Origin: Raillietiella orientalis
Lineage: Eukaryota
Reading direction: 5' to 3'
Assembly: GCA_036172245.1 (NCBI GenBank)
Contig: JAYWIR010000014.1
Location: 4,154,001-4,218,000, forward strand
DNA: 64,000 nucleotides
Shown: positions 25,165-36,500 of the stretch, in pieces
Layout: each line of letters begins with the position of its first letter
Position numbering within the stretch: position 1 is the stretch's first letter
Made by a program: the position numbers and the translations under genes
The notes under the pieces: model-generated
Told to the model about the DNA's origin: nothing
Database searches by the model: none
Seen by the model: only the letters and a program-made list of their open reading frames with translations

Positions 25165-26460
25165 AAAGAAAACAAACAGATCACGTGGACCAGCAAATTC
25201 ACTGGTCCTTTACAATTTGGAGGGGCAAGGAGAAGAAAAAAGAGCTCCGACTGATAGGTCGGCTACACAGAAGGGCAGGGAGGCTGGGAGGAAGGGCACG
25301 ATAAGCGAACAAATAAAAGGGGAGGAAGGGACGGGGTTACCGGTCTCACCCGCCGGTCTTATGGTACCTGCGAGCGATGCCAGCGAGAGTCTTTATGACT
25401 GCCATCCGGAAAAGGAACCTTTGCCGCGTTCCTCCTGACTGCAGAGCTGGCAAGTGTGTTCCCCTTTCCCAGATGGAGCGCCTCCTCCGTGTTCCGGGAC
25501 GCCACGATCCTGCTGACGCAACACCGGATAAGGCGATCGGCAAAACAGGAGGAAAGTCCCTTCCGCGTGATGCAGCGCCGCAGAAGCTCTTTCGGAGTGC
25601 CTTCGGGGTCGACTTAGAGCAGCCGCGAGGCGCTCCCACGCGCTCCGAACGCTGCCGCGGTCTAGCAGCAGGTGCGTGGAGGTTTCCACCTCCCCGCAGC
25701 TGGCGCAGCTCGAAGAGACGCCGCTCCCCCTCCTCCAGCGGTGCCGCTGATGGTTGCATGGGGAGCCCCAGTGCACAACCAGCACAGCCTCTTGGCGCTG
25801 CCATCTGCAGGGGAGCACTGAGCTGTCCGGATAGAAGGGAGGGGTCACAATGTCCGACAGCGGCGAAATGTCCAGGCATTCCTTTCGGCAGAGCGCTCCT
25901 TTAGCGCGCGAACTGGGTGGCGCTGAGTAGGTCTACTGACCATTGGTCTACCAGCATCGTTTCCCCTGCCACAAGGCCACCCACCCTGCCGCTGGTTGCA
26001 CAGGGAGCTCCAATCTGCAACCAGCACTGCTTCTTCGACCTGCCTGGATATAGGGCAGGGGTCGCAATCTCCGAAGACGGCGGAATAATAGGCATTCCTC
26101 CCGGAGGAGCGGTCCTTTAGCTCAGGAACTGGTTGGCGCCGCGTCAGCCAACCAACCAGTCTTTCTCTGGCTCACCGGTTCCATCGCCTTCTCTACAAAG
26201 ACCGATATCACCCACCCTGCTGGTTGGCAATCGTCATTTCTCTCCATAAAGAGAACCACGCTGCAGACGTGGGGGGCTGGCAGCCACTCGATTGGGAGGG
26301 AATCATCCGGATAGGAGAAGCTGCGGCTATCCTGAAACACGACTTGAAGGTGCGCCCACTCACTGTCTTTCCGTGTGCGTCCAAGGAACCGTCGTTGTTC
26401 CAGGGCGTTTCTTTAATACAACAAACATGCAGAAGTCGGTGGGACGTGGAGTTGCACTGA
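25165..26460 (-). mobile_element. Tx1/L1-type LINE 3' part
   Basis: LVVHWG...SSSCASCGEVETSTHLLLD (zf-RVT), upstream SLWREMTIANQQGG (PxxxGG motif), C-terminus LAGIARR, terminal hairpin ggaccag...ctggtcc (25187-25208). Confidence 0.8.
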
Positions 26461-26469
26461 GTCCAGTAA

Positions 26470-26750
26470 ACGCGTAGAGGGCTCCAACGAGACCCATGAC
26501 GAGCGCGGAGGGGAATGGGGCAAAAAAAAGAAAGAAAGAAAGAAAGGAAAAGCAAAAAGCAAAACCAGGACTGTTCACAGCTGCCAAGGGGTGGAAGGGA
26601 AAAAAGGGAAAGCATTCTGAGGAACCGACGCCAGGACAGAGACTTCGGTTCCTTTGCATCCTTCTCAGGATGCCGGAGAGTTCTTCCTTATGTCTGCCCG
26701 TGTAAGTAATCCCGGGGACCTATCCTAGGAGGAGCTAAAGATCGGAGAGG
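26470..26750 (-). mobile_element. Short Tx1/L1-type 3' tail
   Basis: tgcatccttctcaggatgccgg matches tgcatcctttggaggatgccgg at 14772-14793; T-rich 3'UTR on the minus strand. Confidence 0.6.
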
Positions 26751-27946
26751 GGTGGCTCCCCTGTCGATGCGGCCGCTCTCGGCCTCGTACCTCGCTGCGA
26801 CGACGACGCGCGCTCAGAAAACCGGTGCGGTTGTGGCTGCGGCTGGCACAGCATCCCTCACAGAGAAGGGCTTCAAGGCGTCCATAGGGTTATCCGCCGG
26901 ACGGAAAAACGTTCCCATAATTTTCACCACAGTTCGCCATTCAGGTAGGGGACCGCCGCTGAGGGGATCCGTTCACGAGAAAATTTCCCTTTTCATTACA
27001 AGATTAGGTGTGTAAACCTGTAGAATGCAACCTTTCAGCAATAAGGCTATAGGAAGAATAGAACGTAGGGGATCCCTGATCTTCGGCACTTACGCCAAAA
27101 AAATAAAAATAAATCCGAAACTGGAAAATCAGATTTCTGGAACGGGGATAAGATTCTTAGGTAAATCTGTGGGGAACTAGTGTTCCAGAATTTTCGATGA
27201 AGCGACTTGAGGCCCTCTTCTTCGCAAAACATCCATCTAGTTGATCACCATTGGTTTGCGCCACTTAAAGATGTCTGCCGAGGAGAAGACCAGAAGAGCT
27301 AATCACTACGAAATTCTCGAAGCACAAACGGAGATGAGCTCGGAAGTAGGGACAGGCCCATCTTCGTGCCACCCCGTAACCGGAGACCGTTTGGCAAAGG
27401 GATCGCTGCAGGAGCGTCTGGGAAGCGAAGGTGCTAGAAACGTGCTCAATGGATAAATGTGGGCTTCCAAGGACACTTCTGTCAAAAGTGTCGGGACGAA
27501 TTTACTCCTCGACCAGCGGCATTGGATGCTGCTTCCTCTCGATCGGGAAGACGAGCGGAAATCCGGCGCTTCTCGAAATAGAGGGAGAGCGGATACTTCC
27601 CAGCTGACGGAGTGCTGAGTTCTGGTTGTACCATCCTCCGTCCAAGAAATCACCGGAGACGAATTTCTTCCCCTTCCACCCCACCCCCTCCCGCTTTTTG
27701 ACGATCCATTTGCTTACCTTTCTCCAGCCTAAACTCGAATAACGCATCCCTATAACTGTCCAGGTGTGGAGCAACCATGGGATGCACACGGCCCACGAAT
27801 CCACCCCGGCTAAGAATTTCCGCCTCCCGCTCGGCGCGACAGCGGAAACGCGGGAGCTTGATAGGTTCCTCCCTGGTTTTGATGGTTTTGATGTCGGTTC
27901 CGAGATGTTGACAGGCCCTGGTCCGCATGCTCGCGCGGGCAACAGC

Positions 27947-28330
27947 TTTTATTTATTTTTATTTTTTTTTGGCGGGAAGACCACCGCCGCTGCCCCTTGT
28001 ATTCCGCCCTTGCTTACGGGAGGGGCATAGCTGGAGATGAGGAGCCCCTCCGGGACCGAGAGTGAGGTCAGGACCTGGAGGCATGCCTCCTGGCGGACCC
28101 CGGTCTTCAACAGCAGGTCGACGACACCTACTCCACCTTCATCCGACTGACGTCCTGGTCGTTCCCTTGCAGGGTGGCCTCACCGGTTCTCAGCCTGCCG
28201 TTGCGGTTCTCCGGGCTATCAGCGCGGACGGCGCTAACAACCACGCGGCCATCCTCGTCCTGCTTCAGGCTGAAGCCGTGCCACGAGGTCCAATTGAGGT
28301 TGAGGGCCACGGTCAGGTACTCCGCGCTGG
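27947..28330 (-). pseudogene. PDZ-domain pseudogene fragment with A-rich tail
   Basis: EYLTVAL..HGFSLKQDEDGRVVVSAVRADSPENRNGRLRTGEATLQGNDQDVSRM, then a stop and frameshift into VVDLLLKTG..LQV. This is the PDZ GFSL / SPAxxxGRLxxGDxILxVN pattern. A-rich tract at 27947-27970. Confidence 0.8.
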
Positions 28331-28449
28331 AGAGTCCCGGAACTCTGGAGGGGGCTCGATGATGACGCCGGCGGAGGAAGGGATGGGTCAAAAACCTGCC
28401 TCCGCGCCATTTGAGGGAGCCGGCGCGGCGCCTGTGGCATGCGCCTTTC

Positions 28450-29280
28450 GGCAGCAGCTTTTCGAACGCACGTCTGGTTCGCGTAACTTGGCGCTTCACG
28501 CCCCCGTGCGTGCACGCGCGGGACATCCCTCCATTCGGCACGCGCGCACCCTCCGAGAAGAGACGCTCTGTAGGAAACATTTGCCTACCGATGCTGCTGT
28601 AGGGAGGGAGGCACGTGGAACGTTCCGCGTACGCTCGCTATGCCGGTGGGCAACAGGGATCGAAACAGGATTCGCTTACAGGGAAGTGAGGACGAAACTG
28701 GCTCGAAACCCGCGATTTCGTATTGAAGCAGGGGCGTCGCCTGCATGTCGACCCCCCGGCTCCGTGCAGAGCTTCCTTGACCCGCCAATCCCTTCTTTTC
28801 CCTCGTAATGACGGATTCCTGTTATTCTCTATTTACTCCGATTCTCTGTTTACTTCCTTCGCCTTCTTCACCACAAACTTCGCGGTCGTTTCCAGTTCGA
28901 TGAGCCACCGCTGCTCCACTCGAAATGCGCCGCCATCACCCACACCTAGGGATCACGCAACTTGCGCCACAGCAGAAGGCGCCTGCGGGGCAGGTGGCTC
29001 CTGCTGCTTGTGGTGCTCTCTACATGGAATTGCGTCTTTTCGTAGCTTCTGCTTCCCGCAAACTGTCATATCAGCTGCCCCCTCAAGGATCCTCGGGAGT
29101 TTTCAGAGCTCTCCGTTCCTCCAGGGAAGAGCCAAGCATTCCGAGCGGAGGGAGTAGGAAGTTTCCGTTGCCGACACCTTCCGCGAGCTCCCAACGGAAT
29201 CTTTCCAAAAGGCACCTGAGCAGCTGGGATCTTCTGCACGAAAGGTGGTCGGAAATGGACGAACGAACGCACAAGTTCCA
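28450..29280 (-). mobile_element. Tx1/L1 ORF2 fragment (end of endonuclease plus linker)
   Basis: ISDH, AFWK, and GAFRVEQRWLIELETTAKF (GAxxRSRxxWxxxGExxTKxF-like). Confidence 0.5.
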
Positions 29281-30049
29281 GCGTCATGACTTCCTCTTCA
29301 AGTATCGCAGCTTCCGTGCCGCGGGAGGGGCCGCGACAGTTGGTGCCGCGTGTGCTCAGATTCCGATGCAGCGTCGCTGCCGTCGCCCGCCCGCCAGGGT
29401 CGTGCGATCGAGCGCCGTGCAGGGAGGGCCGCTTTCCGGTGTCCAGACGCGGATCAGAGCGGTGAAAGGGCGCCCGCGTGGTGCAAAGGCCGAACGCGCT
29501 TGCGCACGGCCAAGCCGGACTGCGGCGCGGGAAGGCGCCTCTGCTGCTGCGTTCCCGGTGGGTCTGCCGACCGACGTGTCGCTCGCCTACGCTTGCCGGA
29601 CGACCTGCGGCTCCGGCGGCTTCTTCCCTGACGGCTGCCCCGCCGGTTGACTCGCGGCGCGGCAGTCGGTTTCCGTTGCACCGATCTCGCCTCGGCGAGG
29701 CGGGCGCTTCTCTGAGGATCGGGCGACCGGTCGGCCATCCTGCGTCCGCCCTTCTTCACAACTTCGCCCCGGAACCCTCGCAGCTCGCAGGGTCGCCTAA
29801 TGGAGGCGACGGGTTGTGACCCGGAATCGTTGCCACGCTCGGGCGTTCCGTGGCGCGTTCCATCTTCCATCCCGCTTACTGGCTGCTCTCCGCCGCGTCC
29901 GCTGCGAGCGGCGGCCGCGGCAGCAACGTCAGGGCCTCAGATGTCCGCGTCCAGTCCGGTCCGCATGGTCGACTTTCCAGGCGATCGGTGCTTTCCCGTG
30001 ACGGCGTAGCGATCCCTCTCGATGCAACCGTCCACGACGGCGCTGACAC

Positions 30050-30700
30050 GGCCTTCTCAGTTTCCCGAAAGAGCTTCCAACTAGCAACAACCCCTCTTGG
30101 GATGACCTCGCGAGCCAAGGCTCTTTCGGCTTCTCCCTCGAGTAAATATGGTGCTGAGTGGGCTAACCAGAGGAACCTCCCATTCCCTTTGTTGGTACAC
30201 GCAGCCAAGATGCAGCCATCCCATCTGGGGACTCGAACAAGGAAAAAATCCAATTGATCCGCACGCCTTGGGAGGGAGAACCAATGATCCTCGCTTTTCG
30301 GAGGTGCTACCAAAGTGCTTCTATGGTTTTTTCTGGTTTGGATGAGGGAAGGCGAACTTCCATCTGAAATCACCTCAACTGGGTCCTCATGGGGAAACCT
30401 GCATCAGAGAAGCATCAGCAAGATCCTGCACGAAAGGTTCTGCGGTCCCGTGATGATCCGACAAACATGTTCGGCAGACTCTTCCTGGCAGACAAGAGGC
30501 TCTTTTGCAGGGGATGTTTGGACGTCTGGACGCTGTCTCACTTCCTTTTTCTGAGTTTCCGTTTCTGAAAACCGACGAAAACTTGGCCTGAAGATATGAG
30601 GATAAAGGAGGTTCTGGGAGCATGTGTGCTCTCCTAGCTGAGCAGGAAGGCAGAATGGCTGGCTAGGAGTCCTGCTTGCCTACAGTCGGGAACATTCTAC
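30050..30700 (-). mobile_element. Tx1/L1 AP-endonuclease remnant
   Basis: HWFS..DQLDFFLV...AHSAP...RG..SWKL (TW..SRLDxFL..SDH..GxWKLN-like). Confidence 0.5.
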
Positions 30701-33599
30701 TTCCGAAGGCATTGCCCCCGAATGCATGTTTACAATGGGGAATGACGAGTAAAAGCTAAGGTCTTCTCGATTCTGAGCGTACTTCTTCCACCCTTCCTCC
30801 TCTCCTCCTCTCTCTCAAGAAAAAAAAAAATGTCGGTAAACATCGCTCCACGGAGGGAACTCTATGGCAGTCGCCGTCTGCAGAAGATTTCTTGCTGGTC
30901 TGAAGCGTTCGTTTTGTGCCTTCTTCGAAAAAGTCTTGACCCAACCAGCCACTGGGAAATTTCTACACCAAAAGAGCACATGAATTGAAAGGCGGATGGA
31001 GAACCGAGAGATGCATCACAAAGATCTGTTTCACTGGAAGCTTCTCGAGAGAGGAACTTCAAAAGGTCAGGAGAGGGAATCCCTGCTTTTGCGGCCAGCA
31101 GCATTCATGATGCGGTCTCCAAGCCCTTTGGCTGATCGAGGTAACAGCGCAGTGCTCTGCTTTCAAGTTGCTCCGTCCGTCTTTTGCTGAATTGTTGGTG
31201 TCAGCTGGAGTTTGTTTGGATGGTCAGCCTCGAACCAACCCAATGATTGAATGCCACCTTTCTACAAAGGGGCATCTATCCTAAAACTTTTGCCCTCGTT
31301 TGATGATTCGTTGGACAATGTTCCTGTTTTCCTCATTGTCCTCCCTACAACCTTGAATGTATCTGCTTTATGCTGACCTTGACCTTAGCTCAGAGATGAT
31401 GTTGAGGTTCCTACGGCCTACGCTGCTTACTTTCCAGGGGAAAAAGAGCTAGGCGGATAGCAGAGCTATCTTTTGGCATCCACGGTGTTACTTTGAGTAA
31501 CAATTCTTGAACTTTGTGTCTGGACCGTTGTTTTACCTTTTGATCTCTCTGATAGGAAAAATGAACAAAGAGTTTGCACCTCCCCGGAATCGCCATCCCA
31601 TGACGGCTTCCTTCTTGAGGAGAGCAGCGAGATGGTCGCACTTGGTCGATTATAGGGGTGAACCTTGCTAGCATCCTGAGCAACAAGCAGGTGACTTCAG
31701 GAAAACACCGGTCGTCTCTTTTTCTTTGCCCCCTCCCACATGGGAATTTTTGCTTTATTTCTTTGTATAGTATCCTTTTCCCTCTTGTCCTGGGACAGAC
31801 CTCACCGTCCAGTTGGCTGGCTTTTAGTCAGCTGCTCCAGAAATCATCGGACTCTAGCGGGATTTCGTTTCCCACGCTACATTCCCCCCCCCCCCTCTCC
31901 CCCATTTTTTCCTGTGTGTTTGCTGCTGCTCAAATTTGCGATGACGCCCCTCCATAAGTGGATGTGAAATTCGCCTAGAGCCCCTCCCTCCGAACGTTTC
32001 TCCTGGTCAGCCGTACCTTTCCAGTGATTTGTCTTTTCGCTTGTTATGGGTTTGTTTTGACACTGCTGTCGCTGCATTGTAATGATTAGCAGCAGTAATT
32101 GCCTTGGACGTGAATCCCACTTTTCTTCCTAATGGAACTGCCCTTCTTTGTTTACTCTTCGAACAGTACGTGGTTCCAGAGTCTATTTTCAAATCTTTGC
32201 TTACCCGCTTCCTCGTGGAACTCATTTCTCTCTTCACTAAGGTTGCAGATTTCCACCCGCACTTCATGAGCTATTTTCGTTTTTTTGGCAAATGAATTTA
32301 TTATTTCTGTCCCTTTAATTCCGATGCCCATGCTCACGTATCTCAGGACTCATCATCTGTTTATGGTTCCCTCCATCTGCTTTCTCTTCACACACCCTCA
32401 TTTCAGACACACGAGCGGGAGGCTGGATTCTTCCTCCTCTTTGGCACGCAACTCTTGCCGCTCTTCAGTTCAGCTGTGCTGCTCACTGACTCCTCAAGGA
32501 CTGTGGTCCGAACACTTCAAGGTCCCTGAGTCATTCATCTCTCAAACAGTTACCTGCAGTCAATCCATTGTGTCCTCATTCTCTCTGTGGCTCCCATAAG
32601 ATTTTCCTTTCTTAGTTATGATTGTCGCTTGCGTTGCCTGTGTGGCCTCAATGAGTTATCGCTGACTTCCTCGGAATTCGACGTTTTCTGACAGGGAATT
32701 TCAAAGCAGCCGTTTCGAAAAGCTACTCCTCGTGATTAAAGATCACCGATCCATAGCCTTCGTGCAGCAGCACCTTCTTTGATTTTCTTCGCTTTCGTCT
32801 CTTGGAACCTCTCTTATCTCCGTAGGTCGTCGCAGTACTGATCTTTCCTCTTTCGGACCGAATTTCGATCCCAGGGAAACTGGTTCGCACTCTCTGGTTT
32901 GACCCCTCTGAATGCAGTGACCTCGATTCAGGGAGCTTGGCTTCCCGACCGATCTCCTCAAATGCTGATCTGCATGTCATTCGCACCAGGCACGGACTCT
33001 TTAATTACCTACATCGGATAATCTGATGTCTGAAGGTTTTGTGCTTGAAGCTCCGCTACAAGAGTTTTTTCTTGCGCGCTTGCCTTTTTCTTCAAGATGG
33101 GTGGCTGATCTTGCATATTCCTTCTTAGCGTCCCTTTGATACCTGCGTGACCGCTAGGTTTTAGAGAAATAGGTGATCAAGGAACCACGATGCCTCATCA
33201 TCTTCAAGTAACCAATCGACAACATTCAAGCATGATTTGAAAAGGCATTCTTTTTCGAGATGTGGGAGAGATGGGATGACAGTGTTCGAAGGATTCGATT
33301 ACGAGGAGATTTTTCGTGATAAATTGCGTGGATGAATTGTTGCACTCAGTATCATAATGATGATAACACAGTGTGATTGGTTTTCATGGAATTGTTTCGC
33401 AAATCAGAATGGAAAAGCTTAAGAATTCAAAAAATGATCCCTAAAGATTAAAAGCAATAATACTTTATCATCCACACTTCTGAATATCGTGAGTTCACGC
33501 TGCGAGATTAAGCAATAATTCCCGTTGACGCCCATGGACCTGTATATCAGCGATAACGACTGTAATAAAAGATGTTGGATGTGAGTCACTAGGACTCTG

Positions 33600-36500
33600 A
33601 ATTCGCTTGTAAGGAGGAATTTTCCAAGAGTTCATACATACCACGTGCACACCATCAAATATAAACAGATGGCCGAAGTTAGTGAAGAATGTATCTGAAG
33701 TAGCGGTATAGATAAATGCGAACGATGAGAACGATAAAAGCGAGTGGCAAGATGATCATCCAGGAGATGGAAAATCTGGAAATGGGTGGATGGAATTTTG
33801 GACTCGGGACAAAAGGGAAGAGAAGAACGCTGTTGGACACGCGATGGTGTTTCTATGATTTTGCCCCTTCCTGAGGAATCTCGTCGCTCCCCGGATTCAT
33901 TGAGGATGCTGTGGCAACCTGAGCACTTCCCATTTACGCACTACCATATTTCTCGTCTGCAAAAATTTTCTAGTTTTCTTTTTTTCTTCCTCTCATTCGT
34001 TCAAGGTCTGCGTCATCGAAATAGATTGCCTACAAATTAATAAAGGCCGATACGAAATCTACGATGCAGAAATGAGTTTCAGTGGAGGGCAGCGTTCTTC
34101 GCTCCATTATTCCAAATCTAGAATGAAGATGTGCTGTGTTTTGGATGTGCGAACCCCGGGAGTGTCTGTAATCATAATCTTGCAGGTTTTGCTTATCCCC
34201 AAACCTCTCTCTCTCTTGGAATAGGCGCGCATACAGTCTACCATGAATCACAATCTAAGCAGTTTCCTTTTCAAAGCGATGCTCCTTACATGATTCACCC
34301 TGTTTGCAAATTTCCAATTTTTCAGTACCCGATCCTTTTCTTCCCCTATTATTGGCTGAGGCTTTTGGGGTGATACCAAGATTCCAGTCAAAATGTCTGT
34401 CTTCGTTAATCATCATGAGAGTTTATCTACAGATGGAACTTTAATGCCCTCTGAAGTCTTCAGCAGCCATGCTGTATGTACGCTATGTATCTTTATCTAG
34501 GACAATATTGGACACATTATATTCCTCTTTCACTGATTTATCTACCCGAGGAAAGCTTTCATGGTTTAAGGCAAGATCTGTCTTCGCTTTTGTTCGTCGT
34601 CTCTTCTACCCAATATTGAGTTTCGCGTTAGAACAGTCCCTTCCACATCCGCTGTTAGAAACTCAGATCGGTGGCATTTCCCTCTTTTGAATCAGCAGCA
34701 AAGACGAAAAAGAGGATGCAGGCAGTAATCTTTGAATGTGCATTTTGAACTGAACTCGACGATTCGAAAAAAAAAAAAATAGAAATTAGACTTTAATCTT
34801 TCGACTTTTAAGAAACAGGATTATCATTGGGAAAATCGTGTGTAAGGATGTACAGGTACACCGATGATGGCGATGCACAAGCACATCCTGCATCCTTCAT
34901 CTTTGAGCATTCTTACTGCCGAGCAGAAATTCCTGAAAGACCTTCATTTCCAACCCATTTTATGTTCTCATCCATTTGAAATGGGTTTGGCTTTTCGGTG
35001 TCTTATCAAAGTATCAACCCCGCGCCCCAACTGAAGTGACTTCAGCAAAATTTAGCCCATTGGTAAGGGAGCGAAGTGCAACCCCTCAGATTCACTTTGA
35101 TAGGAATGAAAATTCTCGAATTTTTTTCCTTCTTCTCCACATCCGCATTGAGTACGCACAAGGATGAGGAAGATCAGGGTGCCCGCTTATTCACAGATGC
35201 CTTACTCAGCAATTTTGATCAGAAAAAATGCGCTTCCTTACATCTCGCATGGTCCAGATCATTAAAGCGTAGATTCAAGTACTCACATTTGATCTTTGTG
35301 TTTACAAAATTGTCCATACAATAATACATATATATATATACACATCTATATTAAACTGCATATACAGTTTTATTCCCTGAAAAAGTTCTGTAACGTGAAT
35401 GGACCTCAAATTGTATTTTATTTACATATTCTTACATCGATAAATATTAATGAATATGGGTATTTTTTGATGTATGTATGCGTGCATTTATATCCAAAAG
35501 GCAAGCAGGTATCGAAATATCTCTGAATATGCATGGTAATGAGTATTTATATGGTTGCATGTGGGTCCATGTGAAGATGTTGGCTTTGAATATCAGCGCA
35601 TACATGCGTACATAGCTGCATAACTAAAACTATAAATTCTTCAAGGCAAAGTGATCAACTATGTGCGTTTACACATTTGTATACACGTTTATGTTCACAT
35701 GGGGCAACCGTATACAAGTATTACTTTACTTATTAGGAATAATGCGTTTTTCATTAGCACGGACTGTGTTTAGGAATTTCAAATACGTCACTTCGAACCA
35801 CGAGTTCCAGAACACTCCGTGCTGCCATTGGTGTGGCTAAGTGATATTGGTCACGAGTGGTGTCTGTATACCATAGAAAGCACGTAATTTCTTGGATGAA
35901 CATGTGGACTTGTTTGCGATCTCTTGCCATGCCTGTAAACGATTGCATTCTCCATATGGACCTATGTGTATTAGTCACAGCATACAGAAATAGAAATCGA
36001 GGTCTATGAAAAAAGCTGCAGACGGCGAACGACCACTCTCTTCTTCAAGAGTGCGCGGAATTGCGCGGACCCAACGCTCGAAGGCATCGTGCGATGGATT
36101 TCTAGATTTCGGCAGCTGCCTACGCAGAAAAGATATCCCTTTTAATTGAGACAAACAACGGAGAAATAGCTGAGGACGAAATGTCCGTTATCGCTAGCAA
36201 TGCCTTCGTCACTATCAAGGAGGAAACAACGAGGCACTGCTACCTACATCACGATTCGCTATGTAGTTGTACTGCACCCCCATTAGCGATGTACTTCATG
36301 AAGCGTAACTGTGATTGCGATTAGGAAGAAAAATAAGCTTTATCAAGGACTGAGCATCTACATTGAGCATGTTCGGTTTTTTTTTTTTTTTTTCAATGTG
36401 ACATTCTTAGGAGCTAGAGACATACCCGTTAGACACACTTGGGAGAGACAAGGTGGCACCTGTTGCTTAAGAATGTGATCTCTGCTGCCTTCATTATTTC

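Noticed and set aside
27230..27945. Possible Tx1 ORF2 linker on minus (FRLEKGK)
   Set aside because: One short motif; continuity with neighbouring fragments not established.
31400..33000. Possible RTE-type RT remnant on minus
   Set aside because: No unambiguous RT motifs could be read.
35320..35740. AT-rich TA/CA-like tract as a structured element
   Set aside because: Looks like decayed microsatellite or intron sequence; similar low-complexity patches occur at 17.7, 18.1 and 56.7 kb.
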